From: a virus
Lineage: Duplodnaviria > Heunggongvirae > Uroviricota > Caudoviricetes
Virus record (IMG/VR): IMGVR_UViG_3300032144_000002
Coordinates: 12,575 to 76,574 of that record
Length of the DNA stretch: 64,000 nucleotides
Reading direction: 5' to 3' (one strand)
The number at the start of each line of letters is the position of its first letter. The first letter of the stretch is position 1. The position numbers and the translations under genes were made by a program. Below the pieces are notes generated by a model. The model worked only from the letters and a program-made list of their open reading frames with translations, did not search any database and was not told where the DNA came from. Positions 43,420 through 52,523 of the stretch are shown one piece after another.

Positions 43420-44724
43420 TCACTTCTTGCTGAAGCGTGAGCCCTTGCGGGACTTCACTTTACCCTTGCGGGCAGACTTGCCTTTCGGCTCTTCGTCTTC
43501 TTCGTCTTCTTCGTCTTCGTCTTCGTCTTCGTCGTCAGACTCGTCATCGTCGCGAGAAGATTCGCCGCGGCGTTTTCCACCATCCTTGCCACCGCCTCGA
43601 CCTGACTTGCGACTCCGCGAGGAAGTTTCTTCGTCATCCTCGTCATCTTCTTCGTCGTCTTCGTCATCATCTTCGTCATCTTCTTCATCGTCCTCATCGT
43701 CTTCTTCGTCTTCTTCGTCACGACGGGACTTGCGCTTTCCTTTGCCGCGCTTGGGCTTTTCGTCTTCGTCTTCGTCTTCATCCTCATCCTCCTCGTCGTC
43801 TTCATCGTCCTCGTCCTCGTCTTCGTCTTCATCCTTGCGCGACTTGGACTTCTTGCCCTTGGCCGGCTTGGCCTTCTTGTCCTTGGACTTCTTGCCCTTG
43901 CGCGGCTTGTCGTCATCGTCCTCGTCCTCGTCTTCTTCCGCCGTGTCATCGAACGGCGTCAGGAGCTCGTCGCGAACTTCTTCGCGCTTCTCCTTGATGG
44001 CGGATACCACTTCCTTGTCGCTGATCTTCTCGTCGATGTCGAACAGGACCACCGGGTAGTCCTCCTCCGAGTCGAACGACAGCTCGACGACCACCGTGTA
44101 ATACGGGCGGTTGAGCTTGTCACTGCACTCCTTCACGAACTTCGACCAGTGCTTGACGCTGGTCGGGGCGAGTTCCAGGAATGCGACGTTGGCGTTCTCG
44201 ATGTCCTCGAGGTCATCCTCATGGATGAGCGCCAGACGCCGGCGCTGCTGGCACGCCTTGGCACGACCACGCCCACTGCCCCACTCGTTCATCGGGCAGC
44301 CGTCGCAGGCATCGGCCTTCGGCGTCTTGACGTTCTCGTGCGGAGCGATCTCGTCTTCCTCGGCGTCGATCGCGAAGCACACCGGGATGTTCGGCTTGTC
44401 CTCGTCGAACTTCTTGCCGTAGTACGTGTTCAGGTACGCGAAGTCGATGATCACGGCCTTGATGGTCTTGCCGAGGTTCTCGCCATCGAACGTGAAGCGG
44501 CGGGCTTTTGTCGAGAGCCGGTTGCCCAGCCCTCCGCCACCGCCGCCCTTCTCGCGAGCGCGCTCATCGCTGGCTTCCTTGGCCAGATCCTTTTCCCAGT
44601 CAAAGCTCTTACCGCCCTTTTCTTTCTTGCCCTTGACCTTCTCTTTCGCCATCTTATCCTCTCTTGCGGATTGACACAGACACCTTCTTGAAAATCTCGA
44701 TACCCGGCACAGCTTCGCCGTCAT
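43420..44724 (-). CDS. Polyampholyte protein 2: Cys-containing N-terminal domain (CDGCPMNEWG...KACQQRRRLAL) then about 170 aa poly-Asp/Glu with Lys/Arg-rich spacers
   Basis: Composition and architecture parallel ORF 27542-28939; antisense ORFs are Ser-rich artefacts. Confidence 0.55.
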   Translation of the reverse strand: MTAKLCRVSRFSRRCLCQSAREDKMAKEKVKGKKEKGGKSFDWEKDLAKEASDERAREKGGGGGGLGNRLSTKARRFTFDGENLGKTIKAVIIDFAYLNTYYGKKFDEDKPNIPVCFAIDAEEDEIAPHENVKTPKADACDGCPMNEWGSGRGRAKACQQRRRLALIHEDDLEDIENANVAFLELAPTSVKHWSKFVKECSDKLNRPYYTVVVELSFDSEEDYPVVLFDIDEKISDKEVVSAIKEKREEVRDELLTPFDDTAEEDEDEDDDDKPRKGKKSKDKKAKPAKGKKSKSRKDEDEDEDEDDEDDEEDEDEDEDEDEKPKRGKGKRKSRRDEEDEEDDEDDEEDDEDDDEDDEEDDEDDEETSSRSRKSGRGGGKDGGKRRGESSRDDDESDDEDEDEDEEDEEDEEPKGKSARKGKVKSRKGSRFSKK

Positions 44725-45055
44725 CGAGCCGAGCCTTCCACGCTTTGGTGGCCACTCTGTTCTGGTACAGATCGAACGCTCCGTGCTTCTTCACGTACTT
44801 CTGGAACGCTCTCTGATCCTTGATTGTCGGGATTTCGCGCTTGCTGATGAAGGCCAGCGCTCTACTGCCGGCGGCCTTCTTCAGCTTACCATCCTGCATC
44901 TGCCCGAGCAGAGTCATCTCCATTGTGAAGCGCTTGCTCTTAAGCTTCTTCAAAGATGCTTCGATGGTTCGGATGTTCTCGTCAAATCTGTGTAACGAGT
45001 CGATCATGTCACCGAGCTTCTTGCTCGGCTTCTCTTCCTTGACCTTCTTTTTCAT
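44654..45055 (-). CDS. Hypothetical basic protein
   Basis: 133 aa. Confidence 0.3.
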   Translation of the reverse strand: MKKKVKEEKPSKKLGDMIDSLHRFDENIRTIEASLKKLKSKRFTMEMTLLGQMQDGKLKKAAGSRALAFISKREIPTIKDQRAFQKYVKKHGAFDLYQNRVATKAWKARLDDGEAVPGIEIFKKVSVSIRKRG

Positions 45056-45056
45056 G

Positions 45057-45275
45057 TCAGCAACACCCCGCGTCTCGCATGATCCACACCTTTGGCTCAG
45101 GCGAGCCTCTTAACATGTAGGACTCTGGTTTCTCGTTGGGCGCAATGGAGCAGTCCTTCACTCCGTTGGCCAATTCTCGCGCAGCCGCTTCATCCTTGGC
45201 CACGACTACCACACCTCCTTCGGAATGGTAATTGTCAGTGGCCCGCTTGATGCGCGGCCAGATGAACACCATCAT
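45057..45275 (-). CDS. Hypothetical protein
   Basis: 72 aa. Confidence 0.25.
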   Translation of the reverse strand: MMVFIWPRIKRATDNYHSEGGVVVVAKDEAAARELANGVKDCSIAPNEKPESYMLRGSPEPKVWIMRDAGCC

Positions 45276-45544
45276 GATCTCTGCTCCAGTATCAGCCCGA
45301 GCAGGAACTGCTTGTTCAATCTCGGCAGCTTCCTTTCCTGCTCGACGATGGTCTGCATGAGCACGTCATTGGTCACGTCCAGCTGCGACCATCGCTCGAC
45401 CACGATGAACTGAACGCCGGCGTAGACAAGCCCACGGATGTGGTCGAAGGTGACGTACCGACTTTCGGCTGTGTCGTACAGCCGACGGTTCGGGTACTTC
45501 TTGATGACGCGTACCGCGCCAGTGCCGCTAGTGGCAGTGTTCAC
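45272..45544 (-). CDS. PhaR/PhaF-like DNA-binding domain protein (PHB_acc_N-like)
   Basis: IKKYPNRRLYDTAESRYVTFDHIRGLV...MQTIVEQE closely follows the conserved N-terminal DNA-binding domain of polyhydroxyalkanoate regulators. Confidence 0.5.
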   Translation of the reverse strand: MNTATSGTGAVRVIKKYPNRRLYDTAESRYVTFDHIRGLVYAGVQFIVVERWSQLDVTNDVLMQTIVEQERKLPRLNKQFLLGLILEQRS

Positions 45545-46118
45545 GGCTCGGCCTCTCTGGCGGATTGCCGCCGTTCATCATCGTCTCGACTTGATCGGAG
45601 ATCACCTTGCGAGCGCTGATCTCAACATTGGCCAGCATCTCAATGACGCTGCACTTGGTACGGCTGCGCTCACGCTTGGCGATGGCCTCAGCCAGTTCGA
45701 TCAGCACGACGTTCAAGACACCGAACAACGCTTCGCCGTTCATTTCGTTTCCCGGCATCTCACCACGCTCGATCATCAGTCCAGCATGGTAGGACGACGT
45801 GACCACTCGGCGTGTCGCGCTCACGTGCAGATCGACAACGTGCGTGAGCAGATTGACCACCGCCGTCATGTCATTCTCATGCGCCGGCACGATCCGATGC
45901 GCCGCGTGGTCGCACGGGTTCGTGTTGAGGTGCTTGAACACTTCATCGACGCAGGTCGGCGCGGTCTTGGCGACGTTCTCGCGGTAGCGAGTGAGCGCAT
46001 CTTGCTGCTGCTTGACACGTGCCCGCATGACGCCGAACCTGCCGGCATCTTCGTTACCCATGTCGAGTTCCGTGAAACCGAGCGCTTCAAGAACGCCCGC
46101 AATACCCTTTCGGCTCAC
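45528..46118 (-). CDS. Hypothetical protein
   Basis: 196 aa. Confidence 0.3.
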   Translation of the reverse strand: MSRKGIAGVLEALGFTELDMGNEDAGRFGVMRARVKQQQDALTRYRENVAKTAPTCVDEVFKHLNTNPCDHAAHRIVPAHENDMTAVVNLLTHVVDLHVSATRRVVTSSYHAGLMIERGEMPGNEMNGEALFGVLNVVLIELAEAIAKRERSRTKCSVIEMLANVEISARKVISDQVETMMNGGNPPERPSREHCH

Positions 46119-47041
46119 TTGAGCTTCTCCTTGTCTTTTCTGATCTTGAGGAATCTTGGGTGGCGCAATGAGCCGCCCTTGGTGACGTATTGAAATTCAA
46201 CTTCAGCAACCATCCTGCCCGACTCGAGCTTCTTGCGCATCTTGAATAACGCGTTACGCTCGTTGTCTGTCATGCCAGACAATCTGACAGGCTTGCCCTT
46301 GCGGTCGACGATGATCGCGCCGAGTGTGCCCTTGTACTTGCCCTTACCCGGTTTCCATCCGATGATGGGCAAGTCCTCGGACTGCACCTGCTTGATCTTG
46401 AGCCAAGCGTTCGTGCGCTTGGCAACCCAGTGAGCTGACATGTCCTTGAGCATGGCGCCTTCGTACCCGAGCTTCAGCAGTCGCTCGTAGATCTTTGGCA
46501 CCTCGCTGTCACCAGCGATTGCGAACTGACGGACGATGCAAACGCGCTTGTCTTTTGGAAAACCGATTTCCCTCAGGCCAAGCGCCATCACCAGTTCTTC
46601 GCGGCGCATGCGCTGTGGCAGATCGTCCTGCCCTTCCTTGAATGGACGAATCGTCATGGCATGAAAGATGTGAAAGACGGCGCTGTCTTCCGTATGATTC
46701 TTACGGTGAATAGCGCCGCCAATCTCGTTGAACGTGCTCCCGCACATTTCACCGTCGAGCATCGCTCCGTGTCTGTACTCTCTGTTAACCAGACACAGAT
46801 TTCTGTAGAGAAACTTCACAGACTTGTTCAGATGCCCGAACATGTCAAGCTGCCGCCCGTTGCGGCTGTAGAAGGTCGGCTCACCGGCCATGTCAACGAT
46901 GCAGATGACGCGCACGCCATCGAGCTTCGGTTCGACGCGCCAGTGTTCCCAGTTCGCGATCTGCGCTTTCTTGGGCTTCTTGCCCGGCTTCGGTTTCTTC
47001 GGCGGCTTGTACACATGCGCAGCCATGACTTCAAATTCCAT
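46115..47041 (-). CDS. ATP-dependent DNA ligase
   Basis: Adenylation motif I EPKLDGVR (KxDG), motif IV-like EGAMLK, motif V WLKIK, OB-fold LRHPRF. Confidence 0.8.
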   Translation of the reverse strand: MEFEVMAAHVYKPPKKPKPGKKPKKAQIANWEHWRVEPKLDGVRVICIVDMAGEPTFYSRNGRQLDMFGHLNKSVKFLYRNLCLVNREYRHGAMLDGEMCGSTFNEIGGAIHRKNHTEDSAVFHIFHAMTIRPFKEGQDDLPQRMRREELVMALGLREIGFPKDKRVCIVRQFAIAGDSEVPKIYERLLKLGYEGAMLKDMSAHWVAKRTNAWLKIKQVQSEDLPIIGWKPGKGKYKGTLGAIIVDRKGKPVRLSGMTDNERNALFKMRKKLESGRMVAEVEFQYVTKGGSLRHPRFLKIRKDKEKLK

Positions 47042-47384
47042 TGGTCTGCTCCTTCATCTTGACCTGATGCGCCACGTCTGCGAACTGCGTCAACAGCTCC
47101 TTGGCCTGCGGATCGGTGCGCGTGTCTGGGTCGACCATCGTCCACAGATTCACAGTGAGGTGGCGGTACTGCCCGTGCTCACCGCAGAAGCCAGCCTGCC
47201 CCATCCATGAGATGTGTGCGCAGTTGATCAGAGCATCCCACCTCTGCGCGCTCGTCACTAGTTCGGCGATGGCTGTATCAATGGTCACGAGATCATCATA
47301 GCTGATGCGCGCCGATCCGTCATTGGCCGCGACCAATCGCTTCCTTGTGATGGTCGCCAGTGCCTGCCGTAGTGTGTCATTCAT
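47031..47384 (-). CDS. Hypothetical protein (start at internal ATG MNDTLRQ)
   Basis: Track ORF 47031-47510. Confidence 0.3.
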   Translation of the reverse strand: MNDTLRQALATITRKRLVAANDGSARISYDDLVTIDTAIAELVTSAQRWDALINCAHISWMGQAGFCGEHGQYRHLTVNLWTMVDPDTRTDPQAKELLTQFADVAHQVKMKEQTNGI

Positions 47385-47754
47385 ACCGGCGCCTCCTCCT
47401 AGTTGGGCTCGCTGGTCTTGCTGCCTTGATGATCGGTCCGTGTCCGACGACAGTGCACGCGCCACTGATCGCCGGCAGTTGCGTATTGTGATGCATCCGC
47501 AGTGCATCACGAACTGCCTTCATTGCGCAGGCTCTCTGGTCAGGCGTCAGATAGCCACTAACGTCGACTTCAGTCTCTGGCGCGATGACTTCCATGTTGT
47601 AGGTCAGCCCGAACTCGTTCATCTGTTCTTCGGTAAAGGCGCGCCTTCTCCGCAAAACCGCCTCACGAAAGACTTCGTCTATGGACGAGTGTACCCTGTA
47701 CTCGTGCCAGCCGTAGTCGAAACGACCTCCGCGCTTACCCACGGATCGCACCAC
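47377..47754 (-). CDS. Hypothetical protein
   Basis: 125 aa. Confidence 0.25.
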   Translation of the reverse strand: MVRSVGKRGGRFDYGWHEYRVHSSIDEVFREAVLRRRRAFTEEQMNEFGLTYNMEVIAPETEVDVSGYLTPDQRACAMKAVRDALRMHHNTQLPAISGACTVVGHGPIIKAARPASPTRRRRRYE

Positions 47755-48292
47755 TCAGGTCGCGCCGTTGAAGCTCGTGGCTCAGCTGCATGTCCTTCCA
47801 CCACTGAGGCGTTCGGGCCGGCATCGTCCACGTTGCCAGATGCGCCTTCTCTTCGAAGTAGTAGCGCCGATGGGCAGCCACCGGATCGGCATTCACGAAT
47901 CGGCCAGCCAACGTGTCTTGCGGAAACTCGGTCAGTTCGCCCATCGGTATCTGCAAAGGCCGGCGCTTCAGCAGATCAACGAGGCACTCGTACAGATGCG
48001 CCTTGTGATTGCGCAAGTTGAACTCGAGGATCAGTTGGGCGAACAACTGCGCCGTCCAGTCGTAATTGGCGCTGGACTTGCGCACCCATCGCACGACCGG
48101 GTGGTTCATGTATCCATGCGCCACCGGAATGATCGTGTTGCCCAGACGGGCGACCGCAGTGGGCCGCCCGTCCGTCATGATGTGCGCCGACTGCAGGATC
48201 TGCGCGGTCTCACGTATCTGGCCAGCAACGTGGCGGTCAACGTGAAACCGAACAGCCCATGCAGGGTCCTTGTCGAGGAAGAAGATGTTCAT
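47735..48292 (-). CDS. Conserved hypothetical protein
   Basis: MNIFFLDKDPAWAVRFHVDRHV N-terminus looks like a conserved phage family; not assignable by eye. Confidence 0.35.
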   Translation of the reverse strand: MNIFFLDKDPAWAVRFHVDRHVAGQIRETAQILQSAHIMTDGRPTAVARLGNTIIPVAHGYMNHPVVRWVRKSSANYDWTAQLFAQLILEFNLRNHKAHLYECLVDLLKRRPLQIPMGELTEFPQDTLAGRFVNADPVAAHRRYYFEEKAHLATWTMPARTPQWWKDMQLSHELQRRDLSGAIRG

Positions 48293-48558
48293 GATTCGCC
48301 CTTCAGCGCCTTGAGCGCGAGCAGTGCGTATGTGTCGGACTTGGTGAACGCCTTCTTGTTGCCCTTGTGAACCTGCTCGATGATTGCTTTCTCGGCATGC
48401 TCCAAGAACACGATGGCATCCATTACTCCCGATGGTGTCTTAGCTTTTGCCTCCTGGCGCAGCTTGATGTTGGCGAGCCTCTTGGCGCGGGCCTCCGGTG
48501 TCCATGCCGGATGGGGCTTCTTGGTCTTCCGCTTGGCGGGTTTTACGGCCGAGCTCAC
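48289..48558 (-). CDS. Hypothetical basic protein (GTG start overlapping upstream stop)
   Basis: VSSAVKPAKRKTKK...; track ORF 48289-48762 extends into neighbour. Confidence 0.3.
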   Translation of the reverse strand: MSSAVKPAKRKTKKPHPAWTPEARAKRLANIKLRQEAKAKTPSGVMDAIVFLEHAEKAIIEQVHKGNKKAFTKSDTYALLALKALKGES

Positions 48559-48791
48559 TTGGCCACCTTCTTGGCGCGGCCGATGGTGCGCTTGGCGATC
48601 TTGCTGGTTTCGAGCACCTCGACCATCCTGCAGTCGTAGCGCTTGAGGTTGGCACGGCGAGTGAGCACGGCCGGAACTCCGCGGCGTCTCCACATGCCCA
48701 TGCTGGCGCGACAGTTGGTGCATGCATCCAACTTTGAGTTGGGTGACAGCGCACGGTCGCACTCGGGGATAACACAGAACTTCGTAGTCAT
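48555..48791 (-). CDS. Zinc-finger protein
   Basis: CVIPECD...CTNC. Confidence 0.35.
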   Translation of the reverse strand: MTTKFCVIPECDRALSPNSKLDACTNCRASMGMWRRRGVPAVLTRRANLKRYDCRMVEVLETSKIAKRTIGRAKKVAK

Positions 48792-48852
48792 GATGATTCC
48801 TTGTCGATGTTTATATGAATGGAGCTATTGCTCGTTGCTCAACTGGCTATCG

Positions 48853-49554
48853 TCAGGCGTCAACTTCCTCCATGTTAGACTGCGTTGAGGTGAACCTTCC
48901 GGTGTGGGTCCCTTCAGCAACTGAGCGGCTGTTCAGTACGCGCATGATCTCCTGATCGAGCGCGGCACCACTGAGCACCGTGACCTGAATGGGCTGTGCC
49001 CTACGCTGCTCGGCCCGGCTGGCGTACTGCCGGCCCGGCTGCTGGCGGGCCACTACTGCCGGCGGGGCAGCGGCAGGCCCCTTATAAGGTGTGCCCCGGC
49101 CTACGCTGGCGGGCTGTGGGCGGCCTTGCGCCCCGGGGCCTGCCTGCCCTAGCGGCCCCGCTTGCCGGCCCGCCGTGGGGCCTTGCTGTGCGCCCCTACG
49201 CTGGCCGCCGGGGCCTGCCTTTGGGGCCGGCTGGCGCGGCGGGGCAAACCCGGGCCGCATGCACTGGCCGCCAGCGTATACAGGCACCGGCTTCAGGCCC
49301 GGCTCCAGCGCATACACGTATGCCCTGACCGGCGCGTTGTCTTCATCGTACTCTTTCTGAAGCCTGTCAGCTTCAATGCAGTGCGCGATCAGATCGCCGT
49401 TGATCGAGTATGAACGCTGAAGCCGTTCAAACAGAATGATGCACCGGCTGCCACGGTACATCTCAACCTCCACGTTCGAGTCATTGACTACCTTGTTCTC
49501 GTCGCTCTTGGTCCTGCAGACGTGTGCCCACACCGAAAAGATCACGTATTTCAT
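48853..49554 (-). CDS. Hypothetical protein; only the N-terminal about 95 aa look protein-like, the remainder is Pro/Gly/Gln-rich read-through of GC island R2 and may be noncoding
   Basis: Central region coincides with GC-rich repeat island containing TATAAGGTGTG motif. Confidence 0.3.
   Translation of the reverse strand: MKYVIFSVWAHVCRTKSDENKVVNDSNVEVEMYRGSRCIILFERLQRSYSINGDLIAHCIEADRLQKEYDEDNAPVRAYVYALEPGLKPVPVYAGGQCMRPGFAPPRQPAPKAGPGGQRRGAQQGPTAGRQAGPLGQAGPGAQGRPQPASVGRGTPYKGPAAAPPAVVARQQPGRQYASRAEQRRAQPIQVTVLSGAALDQEIMRVLNSRSVAEGTHTGRFTSTQSNMEEVDA
48960..49280. repeat. GC-rich repeat island R2
   Basis: GGCCGGCTGGCGCGGC (as in R1), CTTATAAGGTGTGC (as in R3 and reverse in R4). Confidence 0.4.
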
Positions 49555-49766
49555 TATTCTTCGACCCCTAACTTCTTGGCCAATGACAGCAGCGCTGTCC
49601 GGTTCTTCGCGTCAAGGAACCTTCTGATTGATGCCGCAGCATCGGCCCCTTCGCTGACAAGGATACCTTCGATCTCCACCACGCCCATCTCACGCGGTGC
49701 CACCGTGTCCAACGGTGGAGGTTTGGGCGGTCGGGCGTTGTAGTCAACGTAATCTCGGACGCTCAT
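49554..49766 (-). CDS. Hypothetical protein (start MSVRDYVDY)
   Basis: Track ORF 49554-49820. Confidence 0.3.
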   Translation of the reverse strand: MSVRDYVDYNARPPKPPPLDTVAPREMGVVEIEGILVSEGADAAASIRRFLDAKNRTALLSLAKKLGVEE

Positions 49767-50062
49767 GTAAGTGCCTCCTTTGGCAGCTTGAGTTCGCGCG
49801 CGATGCCCGCATGCCAGCACGGAGGCTTGCCCGGATGCTTCGCGTCTTCAAGGTACGGCCCGTCCTTGTGCAGCACCATGCCGAGGACCTTCCGTAGCCA
49901 CATGATCAGGTCACCGCGCGCCCTGAAGGCGTTACCGTCCTGCAGCCACTCTTGATCGTGGCTTCGAACTTCAAGGCAGTGCCATCCCTTGGCGTTGATG
50001 CCCGTACGAAACGATGAGAAAGTGATCTCGCGGGCCTTGACTGGCTTCTTGCTGGTCTTCAT
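49763..50062 (-). CDS. Hypothetical protein (start MKTSKKPVKAR)
   Basis: Track ORF 49763-50137. Confidence 0.3.
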   Translation of the reverse strand: MKTSKKPVKAREITFSSFRTGINAKGWHCLEVRSHDQEWLQDGNAFRARGDLIMWLRKVLGMVLHKDGPYLEDAKHPGKPPCWHAGIARELKLPKEALT

Positions 50063-50352
50063 GCGGCGCTCCTTGCTGGCTTCTTCCGATGCGAAGACTG
50101 GTAGTGGTAGTCGAACCTGTACCATGCATCCATGCACATGGCATAGAGTTCGCCACCAGTCAGGCCGAACCGCGCGCCGACCACCTCGGCTACACGCATG
50201 GCCTCATCTTCAGCGATCCTACCATGCGCGGCGTCAGAGAACTCACCGCCGTCAAAGTGACGATCGCAAGCGTGGGCCTCGCTGAGACCGTCTTGTATCG
50301 GGGTCATCACCCGACTGAAGGCGCGCACTGCTACCATGTTAACGCTTTGCAT
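50059..50352 (-). CDS. Hypothetical protein (start MQSVNMV)
   Basis: Track ORF 50059-50502. Confidence 0.3.
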   Translation of the reverse strand: MQSVNMVAVRAFSRVMTPIQDGLSEAHACDRHFDGGEFSDAAHGRIAEDEAMRVAEVVGARFGLTGGELYAMCMDAWYRFDYHYQSSHRKKPARSAA

Positions 50353-50623
50353 GGCGGGTCTCCTCGGCGCGGATCTGGAAGTTATCGATGATATCCTCGA
50401 TACCATCATCACCCTCGAACTCGCCGGCCTCGAAGTCGATGCCAGCTTCATCAGCCACGAATGAGATGATATCGAGGCAGCACTGTACGAGCGCCTTGGC
50501 ATGGGTCAGCTCATCGTCCGACAGCGGCTGGCTGTTACTAGCCGCCATGTTCTCGAGCTTCTCTTGGCAGAGCCCAAGATCGCGCAGCGTGTTGTAGAAC
50601 AGATTCGAGTTGTCAGTAACCAT
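50339..50623 (-). CDS. Hypothetical acidic protein with conserved 5' leader element
   Basis: Start MVTDNSNLFYN preceded by CCATCAACTGCCAAGGAGCACTCAAT. Confidence 0.35.
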   Translation of the reverse strand: MVTDNSNLFYNTLRDLGLCQEKLENMAASNSQPLSDDELTHAKALVQCCLDIISFVADEAGIDFEAGEFEGDDGIEDIIDNFQIRAEETRHAKR

Positions 50624-50657
50624 ATTGAGTGCTCCTTGGCAGTTGATGGTATTGATG

Positions 50658-50852
50658 TCAGTGTTGCGGTTCAGACAGCTTGATTGCGCGCTCGTACTCC
50701 GCCAGCCATGCCTGCTCATTCGCAAGCAGCTTTTGAAGTTGCCGGATTTGGGATTCCGTGCTGCGCTTTTGATTGAGCAGCGACGAGAGCGAGAAACATC
50801 GTACCAGTGTACGCACCCTTCGATCGGATGCCGTGCCGTTCGTCCTAGACAT
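50658..50852 (-). CDS. Hypothetical small protein (start MSRTNGT, GGAAGGAG RBS)
   Basis: Track ORF 50658-50912. Confidence 0.3.
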   Translation of the reverse strand: MSRTNGTASDRRVRTLVRCFSLSSLLNQKRSTESQIRQLQKLLANEQAWLAEYERAIKLSEPQH

Positions 50853-50886
50853 GATGGTCTCCTTCCTGGAGTTGCGACGTTGATGT

Positions 50887-51213
50887 TCAGTAACAGGACT
50901 CAAGCAAGTCAAACGCGATCAGCTTGTGCTGATCATCGTTGCCAGAGCCGGCAGGCAGATCCTGCATAGTCTGGCCATGGACGGTGTAGCCGCTGTCGGC
51001 TGCACCGCCAAGAAAGTACGCCAAGAGCTCCATACCCTTGCGCTTGCTGGTGTTGTGGAAGTGAGACAGGTACGCTTCGAGTTCCTTCTCGGCGCGCTCC
51101 ATGTCTTGCGGCTTGAAGCCCGCGAAGTCTTCTTCCTTGAACCGTCCGCCGCTGTTGGTGGCGAACGCTCCGTCAAAGAACTTCACGAGCAGTGGGTAGG
51201 TATCTTTCATCAT
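50887..51213 (-). CDS. Hypothetical protein (start MMKDTYPLL)
   Basis: Track ORF 50887-51354. Confidence 0.3.
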   Translation of the reverse strand: MMKDTYPLLVKFFDGAFATNSGGRFKEEDFAGFKPQDMERAEKELEAYLSHFHNTSKRKGMELLAYFLGGAADSGYTVHGQTMQDLPAGSGNDDQHKLIAFDLLESCY

Positions 51214-51223
51214 GGCTGATACC

Positions 51224-51391
51224 TCAGTGCAGACGCGACGACCAGAACGCCGTGTACTTGGCGATATAGTCGTCGAAGAGCGCCTGAATTTCCTTGGCGC
51301 TGGTGGACGAGATGAGCGCTGCCTTGTAGGCATCGTTCGCCTGCTTGACGTCAACCGCTGTGACGCGGTTCGGATCGTTCTCCCTGATCAT
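51224..51391 (-). CDS. Small hypothetical protein (55 aa, MIRENDPNRVTAVDVKQANDAYKAALISS...), below ORF-track length cutoff
   Basis: ATGA overlap with upstream stop; GGAGG RBS. Confidence 0.3.
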   Translation of the reverse strand: MIRENDPNRVTAVDVKQANDAYKAALISSTSAKEIQALFDDYIAKYTAFWSSRLH

Positions 51392-51606
51392 GTGCGCCTC
51401 CTTGAGTCCAGTTCGGCTGTCAGCAGTTGCTTGCTGTTGAAGATTGAATCAGCGGTTTCGCGCCACTGAGTTCGCAGCAGTTTGGTCTCAGCAATGAGTG
51501 ACCACGCCTTGCAGTGCGTGATCAACATTTCACAGTGCGTGATCATCACCCGTAGCGTCTTCACCGTGAGCTTCTTGCGATTGCGCGTTGCGATTTCAAT
51601 GTTCAT
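51388..51606 (-). CDS. Small hypothetical protein (start MNIEIATRNRKK)
   Basis: Contains internal 13-bp direct DNA repeat CAGTGCGTGATCA x2. Confidence 0.3.
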   Translation of the reverse strand: MNIEIATRNRKKLTVKTLRVMITHCEMLITHCKAWSLIAETKLLRTQWRETADSIFNSKQLLTAELDSRRRT

Positions 51607-52523
51607 GCGGCCTCCTTGCTGGCGGCTTCGACTTCTTCCCACGCACTGCGGTACTCATCGATGACCTGCTTGCGGCTGTAGCACTGCCCGATGCGCAGCA
51701 CCACCTCCTTCGCCTTCACACGCTCGCGCAGCGTGTACGGAAGACCCGTACCGAGCGCGCCACCGAAGCCCGAGCTTGCAGTCCACGGACCGCAGCCCAT
51801 CGCAGCGAACCCGGCTGAACGCATGAACCCGACACTGACCATTGCGCACAGCCTGTCAAGCACGACCGGATCATTGGTCTTCTTGACGCACCACGCAGAC
51901 CACAAACGGGGCGGAGCCTTCTGACCCCACTGGAACGGATTGCTCGTGCTGTCGATGACCCAGATTTCCATGATGCGGCCTGCACGAGCCAAGCTGTCAA
52001 CGAGCAGAGTGCAAAGCGCCGCACGCCACATGGCCATGTCATTGGTGACGTTGGCGTTAGCCGTCACGTCGAACGCAAGCGTGATGCGCTTGGTATTCGG
52101 CGCTTGCCGTTCAACGCGCACCGGCCTCGCCCATGCCGTATCAACCTGACCGTTCCAAACGCGGGTCATGTCGATTGAATCGCCGTGGTCATCGTGCCGA
52201 GTCTTGCGCCGGCGCACAGTGGCGTGCGTCGGGAAGATCGGCAGCTCAAGGTCGATACCCTTCAGCATCTTCAGAACCTGCTCACGCAGCTCAGGCCAGC
52301 CGTTCTGAACGCGGCGCTGCACTCCGTGGAAGCCGTCGCTGCATCCCCACCAGCGGTCACCGCTCATGCTGGTGATGCTGTTCATGAAGTGCGGCTTCTT
52401 CTCCTGTATCTGCTTCAGATCAGGCAGGAATTCTTCATACGAATCCCACTCATACGAGACGCCAGCGAGCTCGCCGTTCTTGCCGGTCATCTCAACGATG
52501 CGAACGTTGTCAGTCTTGTTCAT
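51603..52523 (-). CDS. Putative partner of AAA+ ATPase (CobT/VWA-like?)
   Basis: Start MNKTDNVRIVEM overlapping ATPase stop; ITLAFDVTANANV weakly resembles VWA MIDAS region. Confidence 0.3.
   Translation of the reverse strand: MNKTDNVRIVEMTGKNGELAGVSYEWDSYEEFLPDLKQIQEKKPHFMNSITSMSGDRWWGCSDGFHGVQRRVQNGWPELREQVLKMLKGIDLELPIFPTHATVRRRKTRHDDHGDSIDMTRVWNGQVDTAWARPVRVERQAPNTKRITLAFDVTANANVTNDMAMWRAALCTLLVDSLARAGRIMEIWVIDSTSNPFQWGQKAPPRLWSAWCVKKTNDPVVLDRLCAMVSVGFMRSAGFAAMGCGPWTASSGFGGALGTGLPYTLRERVKAKEVVLRIGQCYSRKQVIDEYRSAWEEVEAASKEAA

Noticed and set aside
43388-44059. Plus-strand ORFs 43388-44059 and 43437-43997 and minus-frame ORF 43455-43949 (poly-Ser / Arg-rich)
   Set aside because: Alternative frames of the acidic-repeat region of gene 43420-44724; compositional artefacts
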